Source of the DNA: a virus
Virus record (IMG/VR): IMGVR_UViG_3300029852_000012
Coordinates: 1 to 50,487 of that record
DNA: 50,487 nt
Reading direction: 5' to 3' (one strand)
Shown here: one piece after another, positions 8,639-17,082 of the stretch
Position numbering within the stretch: position 1 is the first letter of the stretch
How the letters are laid out: every line of letters begins with the position of its first letter
The notes under the pieces: model-generated
Database searches by the model: none
Told to the model about the DNA's origin: nothing
The model's input: only the letters and a program-made list of their open reading frames with translations
Made by a program: the position numbers and the translations under genes

Positions 8639-8830
8639 GTGCTGGGGCTAGCTAATGTCTACAAGGTTAGACCCAGCACGTTATTAGATTTAACTGACCC
8701 TTATACTTCGTATTGTTTTGATGAAGCATGTGCATTTATCATTCAGAAAATGGAGAACAAAGAAGAACCTGTCTTTAGACAGAAATTCGGTTCATTTAAA
8801 GAAATGTATAAACATTACACGAATAAGTAA
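8639..8830 (+). CDS. Possible gpT-like frameshift extension of the chaperone, or a separate 63-aa ORF
   Basis: No SD precedes GTG 8639. The frame is open from 8597 and overlaps the last 29 nt of the chaperone gene in the +1 frame. Confidence 0.4.
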   Translation: MLGLANVYKVRPSTLLDLTDPYTSYCFDEACAFIIQKMENKEEPVFRQKFGSFKEMYKHYTNK

Positions 8831-8835
8831 GGGAG

Positions 8836-11800
8836 GTGAGAGATGTGGCCGTGGATGTTGGTTCAGCTACTGGTTACCTGGACCTTGATATTTCAGGATT
8901 TTTAGCCAATCTAAGAACTGCTCAAAGCGAAGCTGACAGAGTAAGCAAGAACATGGCAACTAAGGTTGGCAACAACATTACAGGTATTGGGAAAAGCATG
9001 ACTTCGGTTGGCTCAACTCTCACGAAATCTGTAACAGTTCCTTTGTTAGGTATTGGCACCGCTGGGCTTAAGGTCGCTTCAGACTTTGACTCAGCGATGT
9101 CTGGTGTTAAGGCAATTTCTGGAGCTACAGGTGAGGAGTTTGATGCATTAAGAGCTAAAGCAATTGAGCTTGGTGGTGAAACAGCTTTTAGTGCAAATGA
9201 AGTTGCTGAAGCTATGACAGAGATGGCTAAAGCCGGTTGGGATTCTCAGCAGATTCTTGATGGTATGGGCGGCGTTCTTGATGCCGCAGCTGCTTCAGGT
9301 GAAAATCTTGGAACAGTAAGTACTATTGTTGCTGATGCAATTACTGGTTTTGGTTTGGAAGCGAAAGAATCTACCAGAGTTGCTGACTTACTTACTCAAG
9401 CAGCGAATAGTGGTACGATTGGTATTAACGATCTTGGCGAATCGTTTAAGTATATTGCTCCTGTTGCAGGTTCAATGGGCTTAAGTATTGAAGACGTAAC
9501 GACTGCGTTGTCTGCAATGTCTATGTCTGGTATCAAAGGTTCTCAAGCAGGTACCTCTTTAAGGGGCGTGCTTACGAGAATGGTTAAGCCTACTGACCAA
9601 GTGGCAGCGGCGATGGATGAGCTTGGAATTGTACTCACAAATTCTGATGGTACGTTTAAGAGCTTAGACCAAATTCTTTCAGAAATGAGAGGAAGCTTCA
9701 GCGGTTTAACTGATGAGCAGAAAACATTTTATGCAGCAACGTTAGCGGGTCAGGAAGGTATGTCTGGTCTGCTGTCTCTGTTGAATATGTCTCAAGAAGA
9801 GTATGATGAGATTGCTGCAAGTATGGATAATGCCGGCGGTGTTGCGAAAGAAACTGCTGAAGTAATGAGAGACAATTTGTCGGCTGACGTCGAAGAGCTT
9901 ATGGGTTCTTTGGAAAGTTTAGCGATTACGTTGGCATCATTGATTGTTCCTGCTTTAAGAGACTTTGTTCAGTGGCTTACACAGCTGATTAACAAGTTCA
10001 CAGCTCTTAGTCCAGAGACTCAGAAAACAATTCTTACGATTGCAAGTATTGCAGTGGCTATTGGTCCGGTACTTATGGTGCTTGGTAAGCTGACAACGAG
10101 TGTTGGTAGTATAATTACTACATTCGGTAAAATCCCTGGAGCAATTGCAAAAGCCAAGAGTGCATTCACTGCAGTTAGTGCTGCCATTGGTGGAATCTCT
10201 GCTCCGGTTGTAGCTGTGGTTGCTGTGATTGGTGTTTTAATTGCTGCATTTGCAAACTTGTGGAAAACTAATGAAGAGTTCAGAAACAAGATGACAGCAA
10301 TTTGGGACGGTATAAAATCCAAGTTCGAATCGTTTGCTCAAGGCATAGTCGATAGGTTAAACGCTCTTGGCTTTGATTTTGAGAATTTTGGTGAGGTCGT
10401 AAAAGCAATTTGGGATGGCTTCTGTAGTTTGCTTGCTCCGATTTTTGAAGGAGTATTCAACCAAGTAAGTGTAATTCTTGGTTCAGCGCTTGATGCATTG
10501 ACTGGAATCTTTGATGTGTTTATCGGTATCTTTACCGGCAATTGGGACCAAGCCTGGCAAGGTGTCAAAGAGATATTTGGTGCTGTTTGGGATTTGATTA
10601 AGGGAACTTTTGAATCTTGGGCTATAGCATTCAAAGGAATTGCTGATACTGTGTTAGGTTGGTTTGGAACTACATGGGATGAGACTTGGACAAATATCAA
10701 GCAGTTCTTTGTAGATATTTGGAATGGAATCACTTCGTTCTTCTCGAATGTGATAAATTCCATTAAGATGGCGGTGTCCAATTTTATTACGACTATCATA
10801 AACTTCTTTGCTCAGCTTCCTACAAATATTGCTAACTTTATTACTAATGCTTATAATAGCGTGGTGACATGGGTAAGCAATATGGTCGCTAAGGCAAGGG
10901 AAATGGGACAAAATTTCCTGAATGCAGTCGTAAGTTTCTTCACAAATTTGCCATATAAGGTCGGCTACTTTATTGGTAATACTTTGACTAATATCGTAAT
11001 TTGGGCTGGTAATATGGTAACCAAAGCCAGGGAAATGGGAACGAACTTCCTCAACACTGTGGTATCGTTCTTTATTCAGCTTCCCGGAAAGATACTTCAA
11101 TTTATTACCAGTGCATTTAATAATGTTCAGATTTGGGCTACTAATATGGTAAATAAAGCTCGAGAGATGGGAACAAACTTTATTAACAATGTCGTTAGTT
11201 TCTTCACTCAGCTTCCTGGTAAAGTATTGCAGTTTATTACGAGTGCTCTCAATAATGTGCAAATGTGGGCCACTAATATGGCAAACAAAGCACGTGAAAT
11301 GGGTACTAACTTCATCAACAACGTAGTAAGTTTTATGCAGCAGCTACCAGGTAAAATTAAGCAGTATCTTGATAGTGCAATAAATAACCTCAAGACTTGG
11401 GTTACTCAGATGGGTCAAAAAGGTAAAGAGGCAGTTCAGTCACTTATCAACAATGTCATGTCGGCAGCAAGCGGTATTGCAAGTAAAGTTGCTTCTATTG
11501 GTAGTGACATTGTAAGTGGTGTTTGGAATGGTATAAAAGGTGCAGCAGGTTGGTTTAAGGACCAAGTGACAGGTTTCTTCTCTGGCATTGTTGATGGTGT
11601 GAAGGATGCTCTTGGTATCGGTTCACCGTCTAAGGTATTCAGGGATAAGATTGGTCGCTGGTTGCCACCTGGCATTGTTAAAGGTTTTGAAGCTGCAATG
11701 CCTTCGGCTATGAAAGCAATTCAGAAAGACTTGAATAAGGGAATCGATAATATTGACGCTGATGATATTTCAATTGGTGCCGGTATCACGGTATCTGGAT

Positions 11801-12141
11801 TTGCCGATAAGCTTAAGTCGATTTACAATGACGTTGTATTGTGGTTTGAGTCTGTTGAAGCTCGAATCAATGGTTCAATTCAGAGAATGACAGAATCTCT
11901 TGCAGGTTTAATTAGTCAGGGAAGATTGATTGTAAATTCTGATGGTACGCTTGGTTATATTGGCTACAATGGATTTACAAGAATTCCGACGTCTAATGAC
12001 GATAATCGTTATGGTGGAAATAATAGGGATGATAGAGGTGGCGGTGATACGTTTATCTTTAATAGTCCTAAGGCAATTGATGAAATTGAAGCTGCAAGAC
12101 AGATGAAACAGACTAAACGTGACATTGCAGAAGGATTTTAG
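8836..12141 (+). CDS. Tape measure protein
   Basis: 1101 aa with a central hydrophobic segment and internal 44-aa tandem repeats. Position is canonical. In-frame GTG 8845 has better SD spacing. Confidence 0.9.
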   Translation: MRDVAVDVGSATGYLDLDISGFLANLRTAQSEADRVSKNMATKVGNNITGIGKSMTSVGSTLTKSVTVPLLGIGTAGLKVASDFDSAMSGVKAISGATGEEFDALRAKAIELGGETAFSANEVAEAMTEMAKAGWDSQQILDGMGGVLDAAAASGENLGTVSTIVADAITGFGLEAKESTRVADLLTQAANSGTIGINDLGESFKYIAPVAGSMGLSIEDVTTALSAMSMSGIKGSQAGTSLRGVLTRMVKPTDQVAAAMDELGIVLTNSDGTFKSLDQILSEMRGSFSGLTDEQKTFYAATLAGQEGMSGLLSLLNMSQEEYDEIAASMDNAGGVAKETAEVMRDNLSADVEELMGSLESLAITLASLIVPALRDFVQWLTQLINKFTALSPETQKTILTIASIAVAIGPVLMVLGKLTTSVGSIITTFGKIPGAIAKAKSAFTAVSAAIGGISAPVVAVVAVIGVLIAAFANLWKTNEEFRNKMTAIWDGIKSKFESFAQGIVDRLNALGFDFENFGEVVKAIWDGFCSLLAPIFEGVFNQVSVILGSALDALTGIFDVFIGIFTGNWDQAWQGVKEIFGAVWDLIKGTFESWAIAFKGIADTVLGWFGTTWDETWTNIKQFFVDIWNGITSFFSNVINSIKMAVSNFITTIINFFAQLPTNIANFITNAYNSVVTWVSNMVAKAREMGQNFLNAVVSFFTNLPYKVGYFIGNTLTNIVIWAGNMVTKAREMGTNFLNTVVSFFIQLPGKILQFITSAFNNVQIWATNMVNKAREMGTNFINNVVSFFTQLPGKVLQFITSALNNVQMWATNMANKAREMGTNFINNVVSFMQQLPGKIKQYLDSAINNLKTWVTQMGQKGKEAVQSLINNVMSAASGIASKVASIGSDIVSGVWNGIKGAAGWFKDQVTGFFSGIVDGVKDALGIGSPSKVFRDKIGRWLPPGIVKGFEAAMPSAMKAIQKDLNKGIDNIDADDISIGAGITVSGFADKLKSIYNDVVLWFESVEARINGSIQRMTESLAGLISQGRLIVNSDGTLGYIGYNGFTRIPTSNDDNRYGGNNRDDRGGGDTFIFNSPKAIDEIEAARQMKQTKRDIAEGF
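10800..11430 (+). repeat. Tandem 132-bp (44-aa) repeats inside the tape measure gene, about 4.8 units
   Basis: GA(A/G)ATGGG(A/T) recurs at 10900, 11032, 11164 and 11296, an exact 132-nt period. The protein unit is ...KAREMGTNF(L/I)NxVVSFFxQLPGK(V/I)LQFITSAxNNVQxWATNM.... Confidence 0.9.
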
Positions 12142-12155
12142 AAAGGAGTGGTAAA

Positions 12156-13058
12156 ATGGTCGAAGGAATCAAACTTCAGAATGTTGAGACCAGAGCTGTA
12201 TTAACTCTGGATATGATATCGACTCCTAATTATGTACTAAATTCTGTAGACTGGGGTTCTGTTGAAAGTACTCACCACTCCTACAAGTATGTGAATCAGA
12301 TTGGTGTGTATGTAACAGGCACCAGTTTGGAAACTCGACAGGTTGAAATTATTGGCTGGGTGATTGGAGATAACGAAGCAACGATGACACAAAGGAAATC
12401 AATATTGAATCGTTTCTTCAATCCTCAGCAAGCTGTCGATTTGTTCTATAAGAATTATGTATTAAGGTTTTTGCCGAATACATCAGTTAGGTATTCAACG
12501 GCTATAGCTGAGAACAATGAAGTTGTTTGTAAGTTTAGTGTTATTGGTTACTGCCCCGACCCGTTGTTTGGAGAAGAAACTGAAAATAAGGTTGCAGCAG
12601 CAAGTACGATTCCAAAGTTTCATTTTCCACTGATTATTTCGCAGACACCCAATCCTCCAGGAGGAATCATTTTTGGTTTAAGACAGCCAAGTTTGATTGT
12701 AGCTATTGAGAATAGTGGAGCTGTTGCCATAGGTATGCGTATTGTGTTTAAAGCAATTGGTACCTTGTCTGGGCCAAGTTTAATAAACGTTAATACACAG
12801 AAATATTTTAAAGTAAATAAAGAGATGACTGCCGGTGAGGAAATCGTTATTGATACAATCATTGGCCAGAAGAAAATTGAAGGAACGCTAAATGGTTTGA
12901 CATCGAACTACTTTAAGTATCGAGACCTTGATAGTGAGTGGCTGCAGCTGCAAGTTGGTACGAATCTATTTAGATATGATGCAGACCAAAACATTGAAAA
13001 TCTTGAAGTGTATATCTACTTCAGCAATAAGTATTTGGAGGTGCAAGAATGTTATTAG
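12156..13058 (+). CDS. Distal tail protein (Dit)
   Basis: 300 aa. It lies immediately downstream of the tape measure gene, as is typical for siphovirus tail-tip modules. Confidence 0.65.
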   Translation: MVEGIKLQNVETRAVLTLDMISTPNYVLNSVDWGSVESTHHSYKYVNQIGVYVTGTSLETRQVEIIGWVIGDNEATMTQRKSILNRFFNPQQAVDLFYKNYVLRFLPNTSVRYSTAIAENNEVVCKFSVIGYCPDPLFGEETENKVAAASTIPKFHFPLIISQTPNPPGGIIFGLRQPSLIVAIENSGAVAIGMRIVFKAIGTLSGPSLINVNTQKYFKVNKEMTAGEEIVIDTIIGQKKIEGTLNGLTSNYFKYRDLDSEWLQLQVGTNLFRYDADQNIENLEVYIYFSNKYLEVQECY

Positions 13059-14191
13059 AAAAGCAAATTCAGATATTGGTGTTTGAAGTAAATGATACGA
13101 CATTCGATAGTATTGGTGAAGTTAACCAGTATGAAAGTTTAATTTGGCCTGATAAGTTTAACGGGTTTGGTACTTTTGAATTATGGGCACCAATTACTGA
13201 TGAAAACTCGCAATATTTCAAAAAAGGGAATATACTTTGGTGCGGAGGAGATAATGCAGCGGTTGTTGAGATTGTTAAGTCTGAAATAGATGAGATTGGA
13301 ACGAAGACATATAATGTTAAAGGACGCACTCTTGAAATGTTATTGACGACTCGAATTATTTGGGGAACGTATAATGCAGTAAATAAAGATGTGTCTACTG
13401 CAATGTATGAAATCGTAAATCAGAACTGCGTAAATCCTTTAAATGCTAATCGTAAAATTCCATATTTGAAATTGGCAGAAGATTTGAAGTTTGGTGGCAA
13501 AATTACATACCAGAAAACTGGTGGTGAAGTTTATGATTCGTTAAGTACGATCGCAAGTACATATGACCTTGGATTTAATGTTCTATTTAAGCCAAAAACG
13601 AAAGAATTGATTTTTGAAGTAGTTGAAGGCGTAGACAGGACGGTTGAGCAAAGTACAAATGACCCTGTTGAGTTTAGTACCGAGCTTGAAGATTTGCTTT
13701 CGAGCTCTTATTATACGAATGACCAGGATGTTAAGAATGTTGCCTTTGTTCAAGGGGAAGGGAGCGGAAGCTCAAGAAAATCTGTAATTTCAGGTGAAGC
13801 AGATTCAAAAGGCTTCGGAAGAAGGGAGTTGTATGTTGATGCAAGAGACCTTCAATCGACATCAGTTGATGAGAACGGTGAAGAGCAGAATTTATCTCCA
13901 ACCGAGTATACGCAAGTATTAACTCAAAGAGGAGACGATAAACTATCTGAGTGCAAAACAACGGAAACGTTTGAAGCACAGATTCGAGTATTTGGTGATG
14001 TTCAGTATGAATTTGGAGTTGATTATAAAAAGGGCGATAAGGTTACGGTTCGTGATGAACAGCTTAATGTTGTTGTATCAGCTCGAATTACTGAAGTTCA
14101 AGAAGAATTTGATGATGAATATACTTTGGTATTAACGTTTGGGTATTCGTATCCGACGATAATGCAAAAAGTGAAGCAGCAAATATCTTAG
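13049..14191 (+). CDS. Tail-tip protein (Tal-like / siphovirus Gp37-like)
   Basis: 380 aa. The N-terminus ...FDSIGEVNQYESLIWPDKFNGFGTFELWAPIT... resembles the ReqiPepy6 Gp37-like tail family. It follows Dit. Confidence 0.6.
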   Translation: MLLEKQIQILVFEVNDTTFDSIGEVNQYESLIWPDKFNGFGTFELWAPITDENSQYFKKGNILWCGGDNAAVVEIVKSEIDEIGTKTYNVKGRTLEMLLTTRIIWGTYNAVNKDVSTAMYEIVNQNCVNPLNANRKIPYLKLAEDLKFGGKITYQKTGGEVYDSLSTIASTYDLGFNVLFKPKTKELIFEVVEGVDRTVEQSTNDPVEFSTELEDLLSSSYYTNDQDVKNVAFVQGEGSGSSRKSVISGEADSKGFGRRELYVDARDLQSTSVDENGEEQNLSPTEYTQVLTQRGDDKLSECKTTETFEAQIRVFGDVQYEFGVDYKKGDKVTVRDEQLNVVVSARITEVQEEFDDEYTLVLTFGYSYPTIMQKVKQQIS

Positions 14192-14204
14192 GAGGTGAGG
14201 TAAA

Positions 14205-15152
14205 TTGGAACGCTGTGGATTTTTTGATGCGAATCTTGTAGGTGAAGAATATGATAGAGTCTATTTGGCAGCTCAGTTCGCAGCTTATTTTGCGAGCTTC
14301 ATTGGAAATGGAGTTTATGCAGAACATTCAAATCAGTTGCAGGTTGTAGCAATGCCTACACCTCAAATGCAGGTTGGTGTTGAAAAAGGACAAGGCTGGA
14401 TTAACGGGTATTGGTATGAAAACACAGACACGATGTATTTACCAATTGAAGTTGCTGATGGTGTTCTAAATCGAATTGATTCAATCGTATTACGTCTTGG
14501 TTTTGCTGAACGTAATATGTGGTTGATGGTGAAGAAAGGAACGCCAGCTGTAAATCCAATCGCTCCTGAGGTAACAAGAACCGCAGACTATTATGATTTA
14601 CAGTTGGCTACTGTTAGTATTCCTGCCAGCTCAATCAGGATTACTCAAGCACAGATTCAAGATACGAGAATGAATCAAGATGTTTGTGGTTGGGTAACAG
14701 GCGTGGTTAAGCAGCTTGATACGACAACTTTGTTTAATCAGTTTGAGGCGTATTTTCAAGAGTTCAAAGAGAATAATCAGGCTGATTATGAAGAGTGGAC
14801 TGAAACACAAAAGCAAGCTTGGCTTTCATGGGTTTCTGGGCAAGAAACAGATTTTACTGATTGGACGGATGAGCAGAAAGAAGAATATGAAACTTGGTAC
14901 GCGACGCATATCAATCAGTGGCAGTCTGATTTTGATACCTGGTTTGAAAACATTAAAGACCAGCTTGGAGAAGATGCTGCAGGAAATTTGCAGAATCAAA
15001 TTGATGAGCATGAAGCAAGATTGAATAATCTTGAAATGATGTTACTTGCTACAGGTATGCTTTTTGCAGCTAATGAAATTTCGTCCGGCGAATGTTTAAC
15101 AACGAATGACGATTATGTGTTGTTGTTCCAGTGGCCAATTTGTCAGTGTTAA
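14205..15152 (+). CDS. Tail fibre / receptor-binding complex protein
   Basis: TTG start after AGGAGGTGAGG. The N-terminus GFFDANLVGEEYDRVYLAAQFAAYFASFIGNGVY is typical of Firmicutes phage fibre anchors. The C-terminus is W/E/Q-rich coiled coil. Confidence 0.6.
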   Translation: MERCGFFDANLVGEEYDRVYLAAQFAAYFASFIGNGVYAEHSNQLQVVAMPTPQMQVGVEKGQGWINGYWYENTDTMYLPIEVADGVLNRIDSIVLRLGFAERNMWLMVKKGTPAVNPIAPEVTRTADYYDLQLATVSIPASSIRITQAQIQDTRMNQDVCGWVTGVVKQLDTTTLFNQFEAYFQEFKENNQADYEEWTETQKQAWLSWVSGQETDFTDWTDEQKEEYETWYATHINQWQSDFDTWFENIKDQLGEDAAGNLQNQIDEHEARLNNLEMMLLATGMLFAANEISSGECLTTNDDYVLLFQWPICQC

Positions 15153-15196
15153 GTTTAACAAACTATAAACAATAAATGAACAAGGAGGAAAATATA

Positions 15197-16135
15197 ATGA
15201 GTGTACTTTCTGTACAAACTAAAAAGATTCCTGAGTTACAAGCTACTACAGATATTGTTGAAAACGACATGATTATTGTTGAGCTTGCAGACGGTGGCAC
15301 AAGAAAGATGACGTATAGTGATTTTATCACCGTAATTAAGGCTTCACTGGAATATCCTGATGAAGCAGTACTTAGTATGGCAGATGTTGTTAACGTTCAG
15401 ACGAATGACGAAACAAAGATTCCCACAGCCAAGCTCGTATATGATATGTATCAGGCTGATGCTGTAATGCGCAGGGAAATGGATTGTTTGAACGGTATCA
15501 AAGAAAAAGGTAACCTTATTGACATTGATACGTTGATGGGTTATGTAAAAGCCGGAGAGCATCACAAATATGCTATCGGTGATTATTTCGAAGATAATGG
15601 TATTCAGTGGGCAGTTGCAGCACGTAACTGGTACCCCGCATGGGCATTCGGGGATAGTGTTTCAAGACCTGAGCATATTGTGTGTATGCCTGTTGATTTT
15701 CTTGCAACATCTTATCAGTTCAATACATCAAATACTAATACTGGTGGTTATGCCGGAAGTTTGATGCCTGCAAATATGGAAACCGAGTTTGGTAAGCTTG
15801 GTTCCAAAGTTAAAGCTTATTGTAAGCAAACTCGTATTTATGAGAACAACAAAGGTGCCTGGGCAGCAGCAATGAGAAGCATGAGACTTCCTACTATTGT
15901 TGAGGTGACCGGAAACCAGGGCTGGGCAAATGAAGGATATTCTGGTGGTGTATGCAGCCAGTTGCCTTTGTGTCAGAACTCTCTTTTCAGGATTCGTTCT
16001 ACATGGTATTGGTGTTTAGACCCTTCTTCTGCAAGCACCGCGTACTTTTGCATTGTCAACACCCTCGGCGGCATTAGCGGCCCCAACAACGCCTCCAACT
16101 CTGGGCGGGTTCGCCCGTTAATCGTTCTTGCTTAA
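15197..16135 (+). CDS. DGR target protein: tail-fibre-like protein with C-terminal variable region
   Basis: ATG 15197 after AGGAGG, 312 aa. The C-terminus ...TWYWCLDPSSASTAYFCIVNTLGGISGPNNASNSGRVRPLIVLA looks like a DUF1566/C-type-lectin-fold ending. The last ~90 nt are homologous to TR. Confidence 0.8.
   Translation: MSVLSVQTKKIPELQATTDIVENDMIIVELADGGTRKMTYSDFITVIKASLEYPDEAVLSMADVVNVQTNDETKIPTAKLVYDMYQADAVMRREMDCLNGIKEKGNLIDIDTLMGYVKAGEHHKYAIGDYFEDNGIQWAVAARNWYPAWAFGDSVSRPEHIVCMPVDFLATSYQFNTSNTNTGGYAGSLMPANMETEFGKLGSKVKAYCKQTRIYENNKGAWAAAMRSMRLPTIVEVTGNQGWANEGYSGGVCSQLPLCQNSLFRIRSTWYWCLDPSSASTAYFCIVNTLGGISGPNNASNSGRVRPLIVLA
16037..16125 (+). repeat. DGR variable repeat (VR)
   Basis: Aligns to 16811..16895. 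In the first 60 TR positions there are 11 mismatches at TR adenines, plus 5 non-A mismatches and one 3-nt insertion. Confidence 0.8.
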
Positions 16136-16144
16136 TCATCAATC

Positions 16145-16164
16145 GTGGCGGCGAAAGCCGACAC
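16145..16164 (+). promoter_or_regulatory. Hairpin with GAAA tetraloop 10 nt after the target-gene stop (DGR target-recognition hairpin and/or terminator)
   Basis: GTGGCGGC-GAAA-GCCGACAC: 8-bp stem with one G.A mismatch. No T-run follows. Confidence 0.5.
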
Positions 16165-16189
16165 ATAATGATTCGAAGGAGGAACTAAT

Positions 16190-16750
16190 GTGAGCGTACC
16201 AAAATGGAGAAGGTCTGGTTCTAAATTGGACGCATTTTATGAAGCTGTTAAGTTACGACATATCGTGACACAGATGATAATGCGCTCATACGGAATGAAG
16301 ACAAAGCACAAAAGTTTAATTCCTGATAGACTTAGGGATAAATATTCTGACCTTGCAAAATTGTTTGAGAAAATTGATAAGTATCAAACAAAGGTTGAGG
16401 AAACTAAAGTGCTTAGTAAGTATGATGATTGGATAGTTTCACGAACGAGGAATAATCTTTTTAAGTATACATCAAATTTGGTTGCTCATATCTCTGCAGC
16501 CAATGAGATTAAGTGCACACTTGATTTTGAGTTTAAGAAGAGAATTTCGCTGGAAGATGAAGCTATAAGTGATATCGCCAATATTAGGCAGGAAGTTCAA
16601 TTTGTTGAAGAGTTCTTTGACATTGATTTGAATAAGTATATGGAGTACTCTGAGCAATTGGAGAAAACTAAGAATTATTTGTATCGATGGAAAAAGTCAA
16701 CAGTGAATGAGTATAAGAAGTTCTTAGAAGAGAAAGAAGGAAAGCAATAG
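16190..16750 (+). CDS. avd: Accessory variability determinant (Avd)-like protein, putative
   Basis: GTG start after AGGAGG. 186 aa, helical and basic, in the canonical position between VR and TR. It is longer than the ~130-aa classical Avd. Confidence 0.5.
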   Translation: MSVPKWRRSGSKLDAFYEAVKLRHIVTQMIMRSYGMKTKHKSLIPDRLRDKYSDLAKLFEKIDKYQTKVEETKVLSKYDDWIVSRTRNNLFKYTSNLVAHISAANEIKCTLDFEFKKRISLEDEAISDIANIRQEVQFVEEFFDIDLNKYMEYSEQLEKTKNYLYRWKKSTVNEYKKFLEEKEGKQ

Positions 16751-16810
16751 ATTGATGAACGGAGGGCAGCAGGCCGTAAAACAAAATGCTGCATGGGTTA
16801 CGTGCTAAAA

Positions 16811-16895
16811 ACCGCGAACTTTTGCAATGTCAACAACAATGGCAACTCGAACAACAACAACGCCTCCAATGCCAACGGCTTGGCCCCGATATCGT
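16811..16895 (+). repeat. DGR template repeat (TR), non-coding
   Basis: Adenine-rich. In the VR frame it reads T A N F C N V N N N G N S N N N N A S N A N, i.e. AAC/AAT codons. It lies between the avd-like gene and the RT. Confidence 0.8.
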
Positions 16896-17082
16896 AATGG
16901 TTTACTAAATGTAGGCTCTGACCGATTCAAATCAAAAACGATAGGAGTGCGTGACCCTGGCTAACGCCTAAATTTATGGTGTGAGTTTTCACCATACTCA
17001 TGTAGTATGCGACGTACCTTAGTTTAGGTCATGAAAAGACTAAACGACTAAGTGGTACTATAAGCGGCCATTTAATTTTACT
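16896..17082 (+). ncRNA. Structured TR-RT spacer (probable 3' part of the DGR template RNA)
   Basis: No ORF. Contains hairpins ATGGTG-tgagtttt-CACCAT and the imperfect long hairpin CTTAGTTTAGGTC-atgaaaa-GACTAAAcgACTAAG. Confidence 0.45.

Noticed and set aside
9705-9740. Other CUGAUGA occurrences as additional hammerhead cores (for example 9714, 15358, 20225, 21776, 32365 and 48473)
   Set aside because: None is followed by a helix II, GAAA, helix III and NUH arrangement. They lie inside coding sequence with no complementary helix I strands.
15990-16036. Extension of VR/TR homology upstream (CATGG-5 nt-GTG shared at VR ~16003 and TR ~16789)
   Set aside because: The match is short and in different reading phases relative to the downstream alignment. 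It would also need a ~16-nt gap. I treated it as chance, and VR/TR were limited to 16037-16125 and 16811-16895.
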